DNA of 64,000 bases from Perna viridis (lineage: Eukaryota), in contig CM074517.1 of NCBI GenBank assembly GCA_037379345.1, forward strand, positions 10,292,001 through 10,356,000. The letters are read 5' to 3'. A model generated the notes under the pieces. That model was given only the letters and a program-made list of their open reading frames with translations, ran no database searches and was not told the DNA's origin. Below are positions 52,501 through 64,000 of the stretch, piece after piece; position 1 is the stretch's first letter, and each line of letters starts with the position of its first letter. The position numbers and the translations under genes are program-made.

Positions 52501-55500
52501 ATTTGTGTAAGCAGAACTGTTATTAACCCAATTGACTCAGCATTGGTCTTCTATATATTGGATTTCAGAAAACTAAATAGAAGTTGTAATGTTTTGACTA
52601 GAATTAATACCTTCCCCCTCTTCCCAATCTCCTCCTTGCAAATCCTATACATCGAGACGGATGCGACAAAGATGTGAGGTTGTATCGGTATTTTTTCTCT
52701 CCCATTCCACCATCATCAGAACTAAACCAAGGCCAGTTCCCAAGTCGTTCCAAAATAGGCTGAAATAATAAGATTTTGTAGTTAAAGCTATGAACCATTA
52801 ATTTAAAAGTTTAAGGTTAGCAATCAAGTTTGTGATTACTACTATTCTGAATATACATACATGTATAAATATCCACATTTAATACACTAATTTTCAAAAA
52901 GGTGGATACTGCATAAAAAATTTAAGGTGTACGTTATGTTTGATGACTAATTGCCGTTAATTTAGAATTCGAAAAATAGACATCCTTTTTTGTAGGACAT
53001 GTATATGCATGTTTGTCATATTCAAGTTTCATAATGCATGACTGACTTACAGCTTGATAATGGCAATTTTTTTTCCTTCTGAATGCAAACTGTCCATCTG
53101 GATCATTCTCTTCCTCATGATCAGAAAGTGACATTCCCTGAAATACAGAGCTCATCTATAGATACCTTCATCCAAAATGTAACATGCAAGGATCAAATTA
53201 ACATAAGGTTTTAATTTTTAGTTCAGTAAAAGCTCATGAAAAGCAAATAACACAAGTATGAGCCAGAGAAATGAAAAATACATGTATAGCAAAAATTGTC
53301 TCTGTGATCTTTGAAAAAAAATGACTGATATTTTTACATCCAGTAAGTATGCAAACAATTTTGACAAAATAAATTATAGGATTTTGATAAAAAGGACTTC
53401 AGAAGAAAATGACAAAATAAATAAAGTAAGCACTGCAATTTTTATATGTAAGAATAACGAAACCCCCTTGAATCTTGCAAACTGATTTTCATTTTTACTA
53501 CTTAATTTACAAAGACAAATTTTTGGAGTGCAGTTTTTGGCAATTTTTTTTACTGTAAATATAAATTTTTTACACTAGACAATTAGCAAAAAACGGAACG
53601 TGAAATTACCTATCAACACCATGTAATATTATAAATATGTTTGTAAACCATAAAAATGTACATTCAAATGACAGAATCTGCTTAAAACTTTACATAGTAT
53701 TTCAACAAATCTTCTTCTTGGATTGATTAATTGTAGTTCAAAATTGCCTGGAAAAATATTGGGAAAAGAAAGTGTGATCATGTGTTAATACACAGAAGTA
53801 ATAGACACATTATTCTGACAGAGCCAACAAGTTGTCACTCCAGCTGCTTGGAAAATAATTTCTGTCTCTGATATGACCTAGCCATGGATAAAACCAACAA
53901 CTTCTTACACTTGAGGAAAGAAACCATTGAGGCATTTTCATTTTCTAGGAAAGCAATCAAATTTGATCATTTGATATTTAACTCTTACAGGTGAAAGAGC
54001 TTCATCTTCAGAACTGAAGTCTGGTGGTAACACATCAATATCAGTAAAATGATGAGTAGGTTGAACACTTGTAACATTATGCTCTCTTTGATGTGATGAT
54101 ATGGACTGTTTATGTTTACGCTTTCTGTATTCTCTTTTCTTCTTAACTACCATTTCATCCTAAAACATTACAAAAATCATTAATTTATAAGTGAGTGTTC
54201 GAACTCATATTTAAATGTTTAAGTCATCACAAAACAGTGAAAGGAGATCTACTTTACTCTGATAGAATGATTCAAACTTAATGCAAGACAGATGTTCTTT
54301 TTTTCCAGGACTGTTTTTGCCATTCTAATAAATGAACCAAACACCTAATTTTTTATCTTTGTTTAAAAGATTGGATTGAAGTATGACTGAATTATGAAAA
54401 AAAATGGTAAGTTCATTATCAAAATATAAAACATAACTATTCACTGATTCAAAATTAAAAAAACTCGGGTAACTTACTTGACTCCAAACACCACCATAAG
54501 TGTATGGGGACAAAAATGATGGCATTTTGTGACGCAAGGCTTCTGCTTCCTCTAACATTTTGCCCTCAAAATCTTCAGCAGCGTACCTGTGATAATAATT
54601 TAAAACAAATTTAGACCAAAGTTGATATGCAACTTCTAATTTACAAATACATGAAAAACAGGATTAATCATTTTGTCCACTATTTTGAGTCTCCTGTCTG
54701 ACTTTCTTCTTATCAATCATAATTTTTGTTGAGACACTTTCTTCCTAACAATTTCCAACTTTCTGAAGTCTCAGTCACTTTTTTTCTATCCAAGTTGCTA
54801 ACAATAAATCACCATTCTACTCTTTTTTATTTTTTACCAATATCAATACTGTAAACTGGGAATTTCTGCACGATCTTTGTATTACAGTTACTGTAATCAA
54901 TATGTTTTTGTGAAGTTTTGAATGTGACATTCCCCAAATCATATTCAGAGTTAGAAATATATAGCCATATGGTAAATGCATTGAAAAATTGCACTCAGGA
55001 CTGGCTAGAATTTGAGTGAGTTTCTTACTCTTGTCATATTATAATATACCTCCAAAAAATATTCAAGACAGTTGAATTTACCGGTTGCGGGTCTTACCGC
55101 AAAAATAACAAAAATAAAACAGACTCCAAAATTTCAATTAAAGACTCATAATCTAACTTGGTTAATGAATGCAGGAAAAGTGTTAATAAACAAGATATAA
55201 AAGTAATAAATAGAAGTTAAAACCTTATCAATACCACAATCATACCTCTTGTCCATAACCTCAATAGTCAGTTGAACCATTTCCTTCTTGGTTTTCTCCC
55301 TTCGTTTAATCATTTCTAATAATGTGCTGCAAGAAAAGATATATTCAATCAACACCAAAATTTAGATAGGTTATAATGAAAGAACTTAGGGCTATTCCAG
55401 AATGTCTCTGAGGTGGAAAGCAGTCGATTTATTAATGTGTTGGTGGGGGGTAAAATTTGAATTTTCCCTTTCATACAAGTGCATTAAATCTTAATTTTGA

Positions 55501-58500
55501 TGTGTTGGTGGTACCCCCGAGTGCCATGGGTGTTCTTGCCTCCCACTACACTCTTTTGGAATAGCCCATAGAGTGTTCACATACCCCACATCCGAACATT
55601 TAAGGAGGAACTGGTTTAAGGTTAAGAATTTGTAAATCGATGATGCAAATTAAACAAATTTGGCCACCTCTGACTATATTATGGAAGAGTTTCACTAAAA
55701 AATGTTTCATAAACTTAGGTGGACTCCAACAAAATCTGAGGAATCAAACTTTTCAGCTAATTTGCACAATTACATATTCTGTCCTAACTACATACCAAGT
55801 TTCATGAAATTCTGTTCTTTAATTTGGAAGCAGTACGAATGACAAGTTGATTCAGAAAACCGTAATTAGGGGCAAATATTCCAACACAATTTAAGGGATA
55901 AAAATTTTCTAATATATGTAATGTGCCAAACCACATATTGTATCCACACTACATATCAACTTTCACCTAATTCTATTCAGTAGTTAGAGAGGAGTAGCAA
56001 TGAAAAAAAAAATCGAAGTGCTGATAGCACCGGCGGTTTTTGATTCTTGTGAAAATTGCAGCATGAATTGTGAAAATTGTAGCATGAACAAAATTTCAAA
56101 GATTATATGATGTTAAATAAAACTGTGATCATACATTGCATTTTAAATACTATTAAGAACTGTCCTTTTTTAATAATTATATCTATACTACTGATGCAAC
56201 TTCACACACATTAACAAATTTTGTTCCATTTCAAAGCTTAAAAAAATAATTTCCTTAACACAAGATGTTTAAAAACTTTTAGCAATTAGAATTTTCCCGC
56301 CAATTTTACTTGGATAAAATCACTGCTCTTCAATTCCTATTTATAAAAGGTGAAACATTAATAATAGGATGGATAAATTAACTTGAAGAGGATTAAAATG
56401 AAAATATTTAACACATTTTATACTTCCAGACACATTACTGCAAGAAATTAATTCCCTAAATGTAAATTTATTACTTCAAGGCCATCATCATCTTTCAAGG
56501 CCAAAAAGGAGTCTCTCAAATCTTGAGTTGAAATTCATTCATTCATATCTTTATTTAACACTTTAACTAATTTTGATTTCAGCTATGTGCAAATGTGTAA
56601 CGACATACAGAAAATGGGTATAAATTTGCATATTAAAGGACCGATAATCCAGAACACTCGATAATGTCTCGCCAGTAAAAAGAGTACTGTTATCATATCT
56701 TCTGGAGTTTGTTTATATATTTTAAAGTTTTTATTAATATCTTTGTATTCATTCATAAAGGATAGAGGCACTGATCAATAATCTTTGAGTGACGGCTTTA
56801 TTTGATAGCAGTTTACCCAAAATTATGAATGAAAGCAATAAAAAATGAACTCAACAAATCCAATGAAATGCATTGTAGATGAACATTTTTTCTTGAAAAA
56901 TCCTTATGTAAGTTAAAGTGGACGATAAGTGGAGGCTGGCCATTTCTTGAAAAAAATAAATATCGACTAATAGTCCAGAAAATACGGTAAATAATTATGA
57001 AGTTGCGGAAGGAGTAAGCTGTCATGAGCTATGAAACGTCATTCCTTCAATTGACATCACACATTTAATATTATACATGTATTTTACTTTCGTGTTTTGC
57101 TGCCATTTCGATCTAAAAAAAATATACCAGTCACTTTGAACAAATCCATAAATGCATACTTACACAGCTCTGTTCAGATCTCTACGAAGTTTCAACATTT
57201 TTTCATAAGATGTTTCATCATTCTTTCGATTCTAAAATGGAAAATTTAAATTGTTCATATGCAGTCATAAATACCATGAGGATTAAATCAGCATTATTAA
57301 GTAATTAGAAACATGAACTTGGAAATAGACTGGTCAAAGAAAGATAACTGAGAAATATTCTGACCAGCAGACAACACAAATACGGGAAATATACTTGGTG
57401 AAATTCTCTGACTCCTGTGACCAAAATCTGAATTTTGATATCTTTCTCACTTGCCATCGCTCAAGCACATGAAATTCTGCTGGAACAAAATTACTTTTGC
57501 ATAACAGACAGTCCTCCATGACTTGCCATGAATGATAAGCCTTACAAACCTTTCTCGTCTGCATCTTTTCTGTTCTTCTCCTGAAAGCTACATAAGGATT
57601 ATTGGTAGTTGACCCATCTCTTTTCTCTGTTTTAACTTGTAAAATTAAGGGGTGAGCCTGGAAAAGAAACTTTCAATTTGAAATTTGGAACTTGAAGGGT
57701 AGAAGAAAGAACATTCTAAGTAGAATAGAATTTTTTCCCTTTTTTTCACTATGATACTGGTCTCTCTGTATAACATGCACATGCCTGTGATTCTGCTGAG
57801 CCCCAGTGCTAGAAGTAATGCCTACTTGCTTCCTAAAAACAATTATAATAAATCAAGAAATTTCAGTCTAGCTGAATAACTGCTTGTTAGTATGCATAAA
57901 AATGTACACTTATCTCAAGAATACCCTGCAATTCAAGATTTTAGTGACTGATGAGAATAAAATACAATGCACATCAAGTTTCCCATGTTTGAAGTTTCTT
58001 TTGGAGTGTACAAACCTGAAGTTATCCACAGCCAGTGACAAAGAAGCAAGATACAAGAGTGTATGATGTACTATAAGGCTTACCAAGCGTAAACGTTTGT
58101 TTAGCCAATAATCATACACAGCTATAATGAGATCATCATCTTCTTTCAGTAAAAGCTTTGCTTCCTGCAGCGTAACAACCTGTAAAAATGAAAAAAGATT
58201 AAAATAAACATTACAAAAAATTAATAAAAGAATATGCATACTTCAATAAACTGTAATGGTAAATATCTTTAATGCATTTGATTTGATAAAAATACTTCAC
58301 TGATAAGATTCCAGAACAGGATTGCAATTAAAGCTTAACAGAACAATATTTCAACAGTAAACAAGTAACTCTGTATGTCCCCGCATATGCAAAAAGAAGT
58401 TAGAGTGCATAGGTACCATTACTCCTGTAAAATTTCTAGGAATAGGCCAGCCTTAAAATAGTTTGTCTGCTATAACCCGACTATACCTTGAGAGTGGTGG

Positions 58501-61500
58501 GTAGGTTGGTAGGGAAAATATTTTATCGGCATTGAGAAATGTTGTGTATACATTTAATCAGAAGACAAATTTTAAAAAAAAGCATTTTATATTCTGATTT
58601 TCACAATGGTAACATGAACATTGACTACAATGTCAAATCATTTAAAACAGAGATGATTTTATGAGGTCAACAAACAAAGCAGAAATTGACAAAATAGGAA
58701 GTAAATTAACAGTAAAAAAAAACATCACAACTGTAACATCAGGATTTAAAATAACAGAATTACGCTAAAAAGCGGGAAAAATTCATGTCTGCAAAAACAA
58801 ACAAAAAAAGAAATAAAAAATTCAGATCTAACAAAAATGCCATGACTATACAAAGTATAAATCAACATTGAGTAGAATGTATTTTGAAAAAAATGTAATA
58901 AACACTGTCAATAGAATGTATTCTACACACAAGACGAACTTTCAAACTTTCTGGATCATGAACAATATTCATTTTAAAATAAAATTTCTGAGATTTAGGA
59001 CCAATTAAATTTTGTCAGTTGCATGGATTTCTGAAGGTTGGTTGGGTTATAGCAAATAATCAATATTTTAATTTAGGCCTTACGCATCTAGATTAATGGA
59101 TATAGATTAATATCCTTCTACAGGATGGCTTAACATCTTATCCAGATTCATTTCTCGAATACTCTTAGTCATTCCTGTGCATTATATCTGTCACTGCAGT
59201 CCCCATTGCCTACTTCACACTGAAAATCTGTACGAGTTAAAAATACAAAAAGAAACTTTGTAAAGGTAAACATGTAGGTATTAATACGGATTTTACCTGT
59301 TGTCCACTACCCTTTTCAAGTCTGTCCATCATTTCTTCAAACTTAAGAGGAGAGATTTCCATTTTCTTACTTTGTTGGTCAACCCATCCTTCATCTTCAC
59401 TATCCATATCATAATCAGGAATTTCTTGTTCCATTCCACATGCTAAAAAAAGAATCTCCATCAAGTTACTGCCATTTCAGAATGCTGTCAACATTTGTAG
59501 GAGCTACTAATTCTGGCTAGATTTTATATAAAATGCTTATTCTCAAATAGTTGCATCATACATGTATGTTACCTTGCCATTAATATTTCAACCAAGTCAG
59601 GGAATAAGCTTTACTTTTTTCTCCAAAAGCCAGCTGGGTTACGAAGTCAGGGAATCTTCGAAGCCCAACATAAAATTAAGAAGCCTAGCCGAGTATTATC
59701 ATTTTTTACCCCCAAATAAATACTAGAAAAAGTTCTTAACAATCTGCTGCATCGTGCATAAGTTTCCATTGTATCAGACGCCTGTAGGTGACCTGTTTTA
59801 TAATTATAAACATTGTGGAAAGGATTTCTAACTACAAATGAACTCAACAATAACAGTTTCATTTTTAGTACAATAAAGATAAACAGAAACATTTTATTAT
59901 GCTCTGTTAAGTCAAATGATTACAAAACACATCATCTCCATCTAGGACAGTATCGGTTTTATCACTTTTTGTCTTAGTCTTTATAATACACATGTACCTC
60001 TTTTCTTCTGTAATTTGTGCTTTACATTTTTATGAACTTCCTTAACAAATATTTTGTTAATAAACCCTACAACTTGCAAAATGAGGCGATGATATTTAGA
60101 TTTTATTATTCATTTTTAAAAGCTTTAAGAAACAGAAACTTGAACAAAGATTTTTCATAAATTCAATTTTTTCAAATTTCAAATCATTCAGGGAACTAGA
60201 AATACATGTATAGTCAGATATGGTTGATAGATTCATAGCTGGATTCAATATCCATAATGCACCTTTAACTAAACAGCTTTATCGATGGCTGTTCTACTAC
60301 TATTTACTAAGAAAATCTCAGCCTTCATTGTGACAAGCAAAAATTTAGAAATTCAATTTTAGGCAAAGGTGAATTGAATAGAAATAACAAATCGCAAGAT
60401 TTAACAATGGCCTCCAAAACAATTACATTTACCACCTAGGCAAAAGATTTATTTATCTGACCAAAAAAAAAAAATTATACGTGTTTCCTGGTTCATGTCT
60501 GAAAAAAATAGGGTAAGTAGGTAGGTTTTTTTTTATTAAATGAAAAATAGCCACTGTATGTTTTAATACAAATACTACCAGTTTTATACATTGTAAATTT
60601 TGATATGCTGTACATGTGTTAAAGGAGTAATCTCTCATCAGCAGCATTAAAATCAAATTTGTAGGAAGATCATAATCAAAATATTGATTGAATACAAGTA
60701 GTACTCAATATTTTTAAATTTGGATAACTTCAAAATTTCATAAATAGGGTAGATGAATTATGATATACATGTAATTGGTGATGTATGTGATACATAGTGT
60801 AAACCAGCAGTTTTTATATACAACCATGATTTCTTTCTTTTATCCATGAGGCTACATTTAAGGAATTTTAATGCGAATAGACTTGTGACTTGTAGATTGG
60901 ATGTGGCCTGCAACATGTGCACCGCCATGTTGGGCGATATTAAAAGGGCTGCTCTGGCGTCCAAAATTCTATCGCCAGCTGCCATATTTTTTGCCAATTT
61001 CCAAAAAAAAGAGCCAAAATGGGTGCCACAATTTTTTTTTTAAGATATGACAGCAGTTAGTCCACTTGTCTTTGTCAATTCAACAAAATAACATCTTCAT
61101 TCATGACATACATGTACCTCAGATTCACTCTTGATGCATGTATAAAGCTGGTATTTAGCTCCAGTCTTAGTCAGGATCTAAAACCATTAGTCACTTTTTA
61201 TATGCAAAATAATGAAGTACAACTTCAGAAACAGGTGGTTTATTTCTAGCAAGGCCTTTATATTACTATGCACATATAGACATGTTGACCCTTATTCTTT
61301 GTGGTCTCATTAAATTTATCTTAAATATTAAATAATGATTTGATTTTTTGTCTATAAATGTTCAACAAACTGGATTATTTTTTCAAGTGATAAAATTTCT
61401 AGCAAACTACCATGGACCATAAAATATGTCCCTTTAAAAATATCTCTTGTACTCTTACTCGATTTCTGAATCACTATTACTTAATGCTGTTAGTATTTCC

Positions 61501-63108
61501 GTAATTAGATTTTGGGCATCCCTATTCTTGTTGTTTACCGATTTTCCCGCCAAAAAAGTGTAAATAAATGTCATCCATTCTTTTATCAATTCTTGCCCCG
61601 TGCAGGTCCGGGTGTTAAAAGAATAGGCCTGCAGCAACACTAAGCTTGTCGTAAAAGGCGACTAAATAGTGCTCAAAACCCTAGCCGGGGGATATGGCGC
61701 TTTGCCCACAGAGCAACTGGGATGTGTGCCCAGGTGGTTGAATGGGGTACCCCTGGCGTGTTACATGCTGGGGTTGTCAGGCTATAATACGGCGAACCTG
61801 ACCGCAAACCATAGTGGTGCACCGTGTTGGGAAAGATGCCACTTTCCTTGCACGTTAAAGAACCCTACTGTGGTATTCTCCCGGAGTAGGAACCATAGGC
61901 TCCGCCACAGGAGGCTAAATTGCCCGACCCTACCCACCTCTCCCTATTTCCAGTGGCAATCAAAATTTGTCGACCCCACTGTACTTGTGTCCCATCCCTT
62001 TTTCATTTCATGTTCATTTTATCATCAATTTCATGTTCATCATCTGAATATAGCTGAAATATTGCTGCTCGGACGTTAAACCCCAACAAACAAACCAAAC
62101 TTTATCAATTCTTCCATCAGACACTTCCTGATGGGATAATCATTGTTAATTGGATTTAATATATTCTGTTAGAAGGTAAATCTGATTCTGAATGTATCAT
62201 CATATGGTTTAAAAGGTCTGTGAAGCCTGTATGTAGCCACATGCACATGGCCATGATTGTGTTTACCTTTGACCAGATGATGAGTTTTGATTGGCTCAAA
62301 AATATATTTACATCTGATTGACATCTCCCATGATGATATTGTGAGATCAATTTGTCTAATTACATTTGATTGGCTTCAGTCATAAATTGGTTACTGTCAT
62401 TCAACTCTGACCTGGTGTCAACACAGCTGTTTAATTGGAGAGAATATCTGTTGCTGTCAAACTTTCTATCAGTTTTAACATACAAAACCTAGGTGTCAAG
62501 AAAATCGCCAACAGGTTATTTTTGTCGCCAGATCAAATTAAAATCGCAAATTGGGACTTTGGCATAACCCTAATAATTCAGTCCTATCTCCGTATCTGTT
62601 TCAATGGAGTGATCGCATGGAATGTAATTTAACGACTGGATTATTCAGGTAAACACTGGCAAAGCCCAGTGCTATCTATGTATAAAAATGAGAAATGAGG
62701 AATGGTTGCCAGAACGAGATCAGAGTAATTCAGAAATTTCCAAAAAAGATGCTACGGTCGGCAATTCACCTTGAAAAAAAAAGGGTCGGTTGGGAAACCG
62801 GAAACACACTTATTTTTTTTGTTTGGCCTCACTAAAAAAAAAACAATAATTCTAGTTTGAAGATATTTGAAGTAATGTTTTTGTTCAAGTCTGTTGGTCC
62901 GTATCCAAAACAAGCATCATTTTGGTTTTTTTTCGTCCACTGAAGTTTTACCTTGAATATGGATGTACTGTTTTTGTGTTTTGAAGTCTCCTTTGTACAG
63001 ACGGTCATATTCTTCATTGATAGTGTCAACTTCAGGAATAGGAATAACAAGAGCTTCAGCCGTCCCATACACCTGCTGGGCTGAGAGGGCTCTTTGAAGA
63101 TGGTGCTC
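49510..63108 (-). CDS. EPC1: Enhancer of polycomb homolog (NuA4/TIP60 subunit), 5'-partial; 13 exons, 671 aa in window
   Basis: EPcA motifs (EHHLQRALSAQQ, PDYDMDSEDE, VYDYWLNKR, NNPYVAFRRRTEKMQTRKNRKNDETSYEKMLKLRRDL), EPcB motifs (DPDGQFAFRR, CIGFARRRLGRGGRVLFDRA), LDSASAKFAVSA and C-terminal VAMDVT*. All exon phases are consistent. Confidence 0.96.
49798..49972. mobile_element. MITE with 12-bp TIRs
   Basis: gggtatgacatt / aatgtcataccc. Confidence 0.65.
50377..51039 (-). CDS. EPC1: EPC exon (EPcC-like helix and S/T-rich region)
   Basis: 663 nt within the 239-aa ORF, phase 2/2. Confidence 0.92.
51252..51432. repeat. Foldback inverted repeat with ~77-bp arms
   Basis: aataatgaattagtgaac...aaatgt is the approximate reverse complement of acgttttg...gttcacttattcattatt. 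Confidence 0.8.
51535..51642 (-). CDS. EPC1: EPC exon (VLFDRAFSEW...IREKK)
   Basis: 108 nt, phase 2/2. Confidence 0.9.
52611..52759 (-). CDS. EPC1: EPC exon (PILERLGNWPW...LGRGG)
   Basis: 149 nt, phase 0/2. Confidence 0.93.
53051..53137 (-). CDS. EPC1: EPC exon (GMSLSD...CHYQA)
   Basis: 87 nt, phase 0/0. Confidence 0.92.
53989..54159 (-). CDS. EPC1: EPC exon (DEMVVKKKREYRKRKHK...ALSP)
   Basis: 171 nt, phase 0/0; basic NLS-like stretch. Confidence 0.9.
54478..54586 (-). CDS. EPC1: EPC exon (YAAEDFEG...GVWSQ)
   Basis: 109 nt, phase 2/0. Confidence 0.9.
55246..55326 (-). CDS. EPC1: EPC exon (TLLEMIKRREK...MDK)
   Basis: 81 nt, phase 2/2. Confidence 0.92.
55389..55567. mobile_element. MITE with 11-bp TIRs (PIF/Harbinger-like ends)
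   Basis: gggctattcca / tggaatagccc. Confidence 0.65.
57164..57231 (-). CDS. EPC1: EPC exon (NRKNDETSYEKMLKLRRDLNRA)
   Basis: 68 nt, phase 0/2. Confidence 0.93.
57550..57657 (-). CDS. EPC1: EPC exon (AHPLILQ...MQTRK)
   Basis: 108 nt, phase 0/0. Confidence 0.93.
58084..58179 (-). CDS. EPC1: EPC exon (VVTLQEAK...NKRLRL)
   Basis: 96 nt, phase 0/0. Confidence 0.93.
58443..59081. mobile_element. MITE-like element of the taggcc...ggccta family; related pieces at about 48367-48600, 52131-52467 and 63780-63995
   Basis: taggcc...gctataacccgac / gttgggttatagc...taggcctta inverted ends. Confidence 0.5.
59297..59442 (-). CDS. EPC1: EPC exon (CGMEQEIPDYDMDSEDE...GSGQQ)
   Basis: 146 nt, phase 1/0. Confidence 0.93.
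61595..62100 (+). mobile_element. SINE-like retroposon, full length (506 bp), antisense within an EPC intron
   Basis: 13-bp TSD tttatcaattctt (61582-61594 and 62101-62113); GC-rich body; gcacgttaaagaaccc (Deu/Nin-domain-like); 3' tail ...ggacgttaaacccc(aaac)n. Confidence 0.85.
62952..63108 (-). CDS. EPC1: EPC exon (EHHLQRAL...YIHIQ)
   Basis: 157 nt, AG/GT flanked. Confidence 0.93.
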
Positions 63109-64000
63109 CTGAAGATGAAATAAAGGATACCGTTACAACACTGCCTGAAGTGAATAAATAGGCTGATAAGTATATTAAACTGAATTGTAGTATTGAATGC
63201 AAGAACATATCATATCTGCAGGATTCATTATCACAACAATTCATCATTCAGTGTTTTTATATATAGTCATATTCTACTGCAAACATTTTCCAAAGCCATC
63301 AATAAACCTTGTATGATACTTTCACTTTAGTCATCCATGTAACAAGAATTTACTCAGCTGGAGTAATAATATCTATTTGTTTTGCAAATTCATATTGTGT
63401 ATACAACTATATCTTACTACTTTTTTTTGTGTTTAGCAGTATCACTCATGTGTTAACTGTGTTGCAACTGTCATAATAATAAGTCAGGTTTTGTAGGAAA
63501 TTATGAAACAAATTTATGACTTATTTGAATGTTGTTTTTTTTTTATAATGTAAATGTATTATAACAAACATGGTGCAAAATTTATTCATGGCTGTGTGGG
63601 TTGTATAGATAGAAGATGCTGTCTAATGAATAACTGTCCTGTTATTTTCTGAAGAATTTTTCATATTTTAATTACCCCATTCAATTTTAATATTAAACAC
63701 TGCAGAATACCACCAAATACAATGTATAATGAATAAATAATATTCCCCTATACCTTATGATAAGAACTGGTCCAACAACAGGCCAAAAATAAAAGAAAAA
63801 TAAAACTTATTACAGGACCTAACCTACACAATGCCGACAGAGAGAAGTTTGGTAAATTCTGTTTGAAAAAAGACAATATTGACATTATTGTCTATGTAAT
63901 GATCTATTACAAGAACTTCTCACTCTAAAAGACAAATGGGAGAAGTCTACACAAACAAATAGAATTGTTGCATATTTCTCCTTTAAATTAGGCCCTGCTA

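Noticed and set aside
61669-62079. 136-aa ORF
   Set aside because: Lies wholly within a GC-rich TSD-bounded retroposon; no recognisable domain.

Overview
AT-rich, repeat-rich animal genomic DNA. The repeat types suggest a bivalve mollusc (inference). The window holds two convergent multi-exon genes. (1) On +, a complete and unusual TALE-class homeobox gene: CDS join 8825..8959, 23781..26166, 31120..31238, 36002..36133, 36735(or 36741)..36917, 37921..38094, about 1040 aa. It has a very long low-complexity N-terminus, a MEINOX (MEIS/PKNOX)-like domain and a TGIF/MEIS-like C-terminal homeodomain with a non-canonical recognition helix ([12 protein letters not shown]). A probable promoter and non-coding first exon at ~1500-1687 carries four minimal uORFs. 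(2) On -, Enhancer of polycomb (EPC): 13 coding exons from 63108 to 49510, with exon 1 beyond the window. The introns and intergenic DNA contain Helentron/HINE-like elements with ~160-bp internal arrays, several MITEs, two minisatellites, an internally deleted RTE retroposon with a 12-bp TSD, and a 506-bp SINE-like retroposon with a 13-bp TSD whose 5' head is not tRNA-like and can fold into a pseudoknot. All exon phases were checked by hand; family assignments come from motif recognition, not database searches.
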